Shown: piece by piece, positions 36,981 to 40,989 of the stretch | Layout: every line of letters begins with the position of its first letter | Numbering within the stretch: the stretch's first letter is position 1 | IMG/VR virus record: IMGVR_UViG_3300032304_002086 | Span: 1 to 40,989 of that record | Origin: a virus | Lineage: Duplodnaviria; Caudoviricetes | DNA length: 40,989 bases | Direction: 5' to 3' (one strand) | Position numbers and translations under genes: made by a program | Notes under the pieces: model-generated | Database searches by the model: none | Told to the model about the DNA's origin: nothing | The model's input: only the letters and a program-made list of their open reading frames with translations

Positions 36981-37600
36981 GTCTTAGTTCAGTATCTCCT
37001 TTTCCGCCGGTAATTTTTCGCGATCATTTTGAATTTATAGATACGCATCTCGCAGCTGCCTATGAAATGTTACAGGCTGCTACAGATTCGAACACCAATC
37101 TAGAAGTTGGTGACGCTCAAAGCACAGTTGCCAATCAAAATAATGCACCGCATAGACACCCGACCTTCATAGATTTCTTTGGGTGGATGGAAGAAAAAAG
37201 CAATCATATAATACAGCAATGGAACTTAGATACCAGCAATCAATTCTACATAGGCAATAGTTGGATCAATCGACACGGACACACCGGAGAAACAATTGCA
37301 CACAATCACGGATTTAGCTCACTGAGCTGTGTGGCATATATTTCTTTGCCGGATCAATCAGGATTTACTCAATTTCAAGATCCGCATTATACCCTTAAAA
37401 ATCTGCATGAAACTAGTTCACTGCAGGAGTATTATTCTATCCCAGTAAAACAAGGTGATGTTCTATTTTTTCCAGGGTGGATGATGCACAAGTCTGAAAA
37501 AAATAACAGCATTGAAGACAGAGTAATTTTGTCAGCAAATGTTGTAAATTTTACCCTTACAAAATTTTTTACGTTTGGGAACATTGTAACCCAAAGTTGA
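36977..37600 (+). CDS. Fe(II)/2OG oxygenase, 2OG-FeII_Oxy_5-like (similar to 23472..24068)
   Basis: NSWIN, GETIAHNH, CVAYI, FQDP, FPGWMMHKS, RVILSAN. Confidence 0.8.
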   Translation: MSLSSVSPFPPVIFRDHFEFIDTHLAAAYEMLQAATDSNTNLEVGDAQSTVANQNNAPHRHPTFIDFFGWMEEKSNHIIQQWNLDTSNQFYIGNSWINRHGHTGETIAHNHGFSSLSCVAYISLPDQSGFTQFQDPHYTLKNLHETSSLQEYYSIPVKQGDVLFFPGWMMHKSEKNNSIEDRVILSANVVNFTLTKFFTFGNIVTQS

Positions 37601-37606
37601 TTTTAT

Positions 37607-37614
37607 CATAAATA
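37607..37614 (+). promoter_or_regulatory. Putative late promoter CATAAATA
   Basis: One mismatch to TATAAATA, intergenic, upstream of the fibre gene ATG at 37639. Confidence 0.5.
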
Positions 37615-37638
37615 TATGTATATGTTAATTGGGCTCAC

Positions 37639-39681
37639 ATGTCAGTACCTTTAAAAAATTTAAGAATTACACCAAGAGAAAGCGAATTCCTCGATCGAAA
37701 AACCGGTATATCTGGAGAAATTTTTTATGACAGGGATGTCGATACCCTTAGACTGTATAATGGAGTAATCGGCGGTGTTTCGCTGGCCAAAGCCAGTCTC
37801 ACCAATGTGTCTAATGCAGATTTCTTAGCCAAAGCAACTTCAGCAGGATTTAGCGGTGGAGTACAATCGGGAGTGGCTGGAAAAATAGCCTACTATCCGT
37901 CGAATGGATCGCAGGTCAACGACTTAACTGCGTTAACGTGGTTAGATGACTCTACTAACACACTGGTGTTATCGGGCGTGATTGATATCACAGGTCAAAA
38001 AAATCGTATTAGGTTTCATTGGGATACTCTAGCAGATCTCACAGCTGAGGTATCTCCTGTGGATTATCACGGTATGATAGCTCATGTGCATGACACTGGC
38101 AAACTGTACTATGCTCATGCAGGAGCTTGGGTACCCGTAGCTGCAGAAAGTAGTCTGCCTAACACATTCAGCACCATATCTGTAGCTGGCCAGTCTACTA
38201 TTGAAGCTGACTCTACTGCTGACACACTAACATTGGTTGCTGGCTCTAATATTACTATTACTACTAATGCTGGCACAGATACAATAACCATTAATTCAAC
38301 AACCAGCACAGGTAGCATTACTTTTGTGGGAACTACTATAGATTCCGCAGACAGTTCTACCATCACATTCACTCCTACAGTGGCTTTTGATTCAGATGTT
38401 GTAGTAGGAAATGAAATAGTATTTGCAGACGGCACACGGCAGGCGACTACAGCTGTGGGAGTTCCGGGTCCTCAAGGTCCTCAAGGTCCTCAAGGAGCAT
38501 CGGGAGCAGGAACAGGAGATGTACTAAGTGCAGGCGGTGGATATGTAGATAATGCTATCATACGCTATGATGGTACCACAGGTACTATTATACAGAACAG
38601 TTCAGCAACTATATCAGATGCCGGTTTACTCACAGCTACCAACTTTAGTGGCGGTGGTGCATCGCTCACTGCCTTAAATGCCACTGAATTAACTTCAGGC
38701 ACCATACCGAATGCACGATTTCCGGCTACACTACCTGCAGTAAGCGGAGTAAATCTCACAGCACTACCTGCAACATTACCAGCGGCCAGCGGCACTAATC
38801 TTACTGCGTTAAACGCAACTGAACTTACCAGCGGCACTGTGCCTGTTTTAAGATTAGGAGCATCGGGTACTAGAGATGCTACTACATACTTGAGAGGCGA
38901 TAATACGTGGGCCACTGTGTCGGGTGGTGGTACAGCATCAGACAGTTTTGCTACCATAGCAGTAGCAGGACAAAGTTCAGTGGTAGCTGATTCGGCCACA
39001 GATACATTAACCTTAGTAGCTGGCTCGAATATAACTATAACAACAAACGCCGGCACAGACACCATAACTATCGCTGCTGCTGGCGGGGGCACGGCGTCAG
39101 ACAGCTTTGCTACTATAGCGGTAGCTGGCCAATCAAACGTTGTAGCAGATTCGGCCACTGACACTCTTACAATAGCCGCGGGCACAGGAATCTCAATCAC
39201 CACCGATGCCGGTACAGATACTGTGACCATCACCAGCACTGTATCAGCAGGCGCCACAGCATTCACTGGACTTAGTGATGCAAGTTCTGCTTCATTAACT
39301 GTGGATAAAATTTATCTACCAGCGATTACTATGCTGACAGTGACTGCCAACGGAGCCACAGCATACAGATTTGATCAATACGGCACCACAGATGATCCTA
39401 CCATATATGCCATCAATGCTACTACCATAGCATTTAATTTAATGGGGGCTAGCAGCCATCCTTTCTTGATACAGGACAATACCGGCACAAATTATAACAC
39501 TGGGTTGGTACATGTCGCTACCGATGGCACAGTTAGTACAGGATCAGGCGCACAAGGTAAAATGTCAGGAACGTTGTATTGGAAGATTCCGGATAGTATC
39601 AGCGGCAACTACAGATATCAGTGCGGTTCTCATGCTGCTATGGTAGGAACTATAGTTGTTAAGAATTTCAGTACTATCTAA
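37639..39681 (+). CDS. Tail-fibre-like protein (680 aa) with collagen-like triplets, internal repeats and a C-terminal cupredoxin-like domain
   Basis: GPQGPQGPQG; three ~45-aa repeats F.TI.VAGQS...ADS..DTLT..AG..I.ITT.AGTDT.TI; two LTALNATELTSGT repeats; HPF...YQCGSHAAMVGTIVV. Confidence 0.7.
   Translation: MSVPLKNLRITPRESEFLDRKTGISGEIFYDRDVDTLRLYNGVIGGVSLAKASLTNVSNADFLAKATSAGFSGGVQSGVAGKIAYYPSNGSQVNDLTALTWLDDSTNTLVLSGVIDITGQKNRIRFHWDTLADLTAEVSPVDYHGMIAHVHDTGKLYYAHAGAWVPVAAESSLPNTFSTISVAGQSTIEADSTADTLTLVAGSNITITTNAGTDTITINSTTSTGSITFVGTTIDSADSSTITFTPTVAFDSDVVVGNEIVFADGTRQATTAVGVPGPQGPQGPQGASGAGTGDVLSAGGGYVDNAIIRYDGTTGTIIQNSSATISDAGLLTATNFSGGGASLTALNATELTSGTIPNARFPATLPAVSGVNLTALPATLPAASGTNLTALNATELTSGTVPVLRLGASGTRDATTYLRGDNTWATVSGGGTASDSFATIAVAGQSSVVADSATDTLTLVAGSNITITTNAGTDTITIAAAGGGTASDSFATIAVAGQSNVVADSATDTLTIAAGTGISITTDAGTDTVTITSTVSAGATAFTGLSDASSASLTVDKIYLPAITMLTVTANGATAYRFDQYGTTDDPTIYAINATTIAFNLMGASSHPFLIQDNTGTNYNTGLVHVATDGTVSTGSGAQGKMSGTLYWKIPDSISGNYRYQCGSHAAMVGTIVVKNFSTI
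38467..38493 (+). repeat. Tandem 9-bp repeat (GGTCCTCAA)x3 encoding Gly-Pro-Gln
   Basis: Read directly. Confidence 0.9.
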
Positions 39682-39956
39682 TTTTGCTGCGCTTGTGACC
39701 AATCTCTAAGCCTAGTTTCTAATTTTTTTCTTATAGCCGTGATATCCTGCTTCATCTCACCGCCCATAGTAGGCAGCTGTCGACTATAGACCATCTCCAT
39801 GTGCATGCTGTCTAATTTTTTTATTTCAGAAATTAGGGTATTCAACAGTTTTTGAGATTCCTGTTTAGCTGAACCGTCGGGCATGGTTTCGATAGCTGTG
39901 CGATACCTTGCGCAATCTTCTTGGAATCTACTAGATCTTTGTAATAGATTTGACAT
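39678..39956 (-). CDS. Hypothetical helical protein (92 aa)
   Basis: GGAG RBS upstream; stop overlaps the convergent fibre gene's stop. Confidence 0.65.
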   Translation of the reverse strand: MSNLLQRSSRFQEDCARYRTAIETMPDGSAKQESQKLLNTLISEIKKLDSMHMEMVYSRQLPTMGGEMKQDITAIRKKLETRLRDWSQAQQN

Positions 39957-40326
39957 TTTCTAACTCCAGTATAGTTTCTATTTTTACACGTATTACTTGA
40001 TTATTTAATGTGGTACGCAATCCCGAGTGTAGTTGTTTGGGCAGGCAATCCAAGTCTGCCCAGCATACGGTCTTTGATGCCAAGGTTAAAAACTCCTGAT
40101 CGACCACGCAGACATATGTGCCATATTCAAAACCACGATCTTCAGATAGATACAGTTCAATAGGAACTATACGACCCTGTGCATATTGGTTTAATAATTC
40201 ATCTGCATCTTCTAAGAGACTGTTATTGCGCTGGAATGTAGGCACAGTCCACCGCTCATCGTCCAAGATCAGCAGTATACGACCTGTGGTTTTAGCTAAG
40301 AATAGTAGTCCGGCACGCTGTTGCAT
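39931..40326 (-). CDS. Degenerate Nudix-fold-like protein
   Basis: MQQRAGLLFLAKTTGRILLIL..W..P N-terminus and CW..L..LPK.LH.GL C-terminus resemble phage Nudix proteins, but no GX5EX7REUXEEXGU box; TAAGTA just upstream of ATG 40326. Confidence 0.45.
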   Translation of the reverse strand: MQQRAGLLFLAKTTGRILLILDDERWTVPTFQRNNSLLEDADELLNQYAQGRIVPIELYLSEDRGFEYGTYVCVVDQEFLTLASKTVCWADLDCLPKQLHSGLRTTLNNQVIRVKIETILELENVKSITKI

Positions 40327-40334
40327 GCCAGTAC

Positions 40335-40988
40335 TTATCCGCCGGCGAGCTTGAAGTTCCACTCTCCTGGCAAGTACTCACCTTCGAAGGCCTTGATCCA
40401 TTGTGTACCATCCCACTTGTATTTGATACCTGTGCGTATATTTTGGATGTGTGTAGGACTAAATTCTTCACCTAGTATATCTGCTGCCTCTAATGTGTTT
40501 TGATCTGGATCCCAGATGGTGGTCCATTTATGCCCAGTCCATTCTATAATAGAGTTGGCCTTGATAACAGGATCTGTGCCGTCTTGATTTTCCCAAGATG
40601 AATCGTTGTTGCTGGGCTCTCTCCAGGCTTGTGGACCTCGGTAAGGAACGCTGGTACTGTCTGCAGGTTGGGAAGGTAAGTTGATGTAGCCGCCACGGTT
40701 CTCACTGTTGTTGACATCATCCAGCATTAAAAATCTCAAACCCAACGGGATAGCTGCATGTGATCCGTATACTTCTAAAGGATTATACTTGTAAGGATCG
40801 ATGATAGCATCCACAGTACCTCTGGCAGAAATGCCTGGTATAGTACTGGCTATATCGTCATTGGCCGGATATGTATCAGCATCCAAGGACACAGTAAGTA
40901 TGCTAGAATCTAGCGGGTTAATTACAAATGTTCCTACTATTTCATAGCCGCTGGCTTTTTTAAACCAAACTTCGCTGCCCGGAACATA
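40335..40988 (-). CDS. C-terminal part of a tail structural protein (possibly tail sheath stabiliser/completion-like), truncated by the window edge
   Basis: Frame is open to the window end (YVPGSEVWFKK...SLDADTYP); ANSIIEWTG..W and TGIKYKWDGTQWIKAFEGEY motifs; function assignment tentative. Confidence 0.5.
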   Translation of the reverse strand, partial: YVPGSEVWFKKASGYEIVGTFVINPLDSSILTVSLDADTYPANDDIASTIPGISARGTVDAIIDPYKYNPLEVYGSHAAIPLGLRFLMLDDVNNSENRGGYINLPSQPADSTSVPYRGPQAWREPSNNDSSWENQDGTDPVIKANSIIEWTGHKWTTIWDPDQNTLEAADILGEEFSPTHIQNIRTGIKYKWDGTQWIKAFEGEYLPGEWNFKLAGG

Positions 40989-40989
40989 C

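Noticed and set aside
19338-37600. Possibility that some 2OG enzymes are radical halogenases (SyrB2/WelO5/BesD type)
   Set aside because: Those replace the carboxylate ligand with Gly/Ala (HxG/A); all 16 here show HxH, HxD or HxE
19921-37600. DNA hypermodification or 7-deazaguanine pathway interpretation
   Set aside because: No dpdA/tgt, queC/D/E, folE, TET/JBP-type signature, nucleotide kinase or glycosyltransferase in the window, and promoters look late; cannot be excluded for genes elsewhere in the genome
38115-39266. Antisense ORFs of 106 and 233 aa
   Set aside because: Mirror of the repetitive Thr/Ala/Gly-rich fibre gene; the Val/Ala/Pro composition is what antisense reading predicts
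1-40989. Cellular biosynthetic gene cluster or cyanophage assignment
   Set aside because: Flanks are virion genes with T4-type late promoters, so a cellular cluster is unlikely; no photosynthesis or other host-diagnostic genes are present, so the host cannot be assigned from this window

Overview
Fragment of a large T4-related tailed phage genome, inferred from dense gene packing, T4-type late-promoter motifs (TATAAATA/TAAATA), virion-protein motifs and the absence of cellular housekeeping genes. 1-19.3 kb is a + strand virion structural block. It holds two giant paralogous multidomain proteins (1890 and 2613 aa) with CBM5/12-like repeats, a beta-helix-like core and Asp-box repeats; the larger one also has four phycobiliprotein-like C-x-R-D helical repeats. 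These are followed by small fibre-associated proteins, three tandem Gly/His-rich adhesin-like paralogs that all start MPFNYQTLKN, a putative fibre chaperone and a strong intrinsic terminator. 19.3-37.6 kb is a visibly AT-richer island of tailoring enzymes: 16 Fe(II)/2-oxoglutarate-type oxygenases from several families (one JmjC), 4 tryptophan-halogenase-family flavoproteins, a QueG/reductive-dehalogenase-like 2x[4Fe-4S] protein and a few unknowns, including an unannotated 58-aa ORF. 37.6-41 kb returns to structural genes: a fibre with collagen-like triplets and a C-terminal cupredoxin-like motif, a degenerate Nudix-like gene and a truncated tail gene. The leading hypothesis (inference only) is a late-expressed, phage-encoded post-translational tailoring system that hydroxylates or halogenates virion fibre/adhesin proteins, with the Gly/His-rich trio as prime candidate substrates. 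No tRNA, rRNA, CRISPR array, integrase or transposase was seen. All family assignments come from motif recognition by eye, not from database searches.
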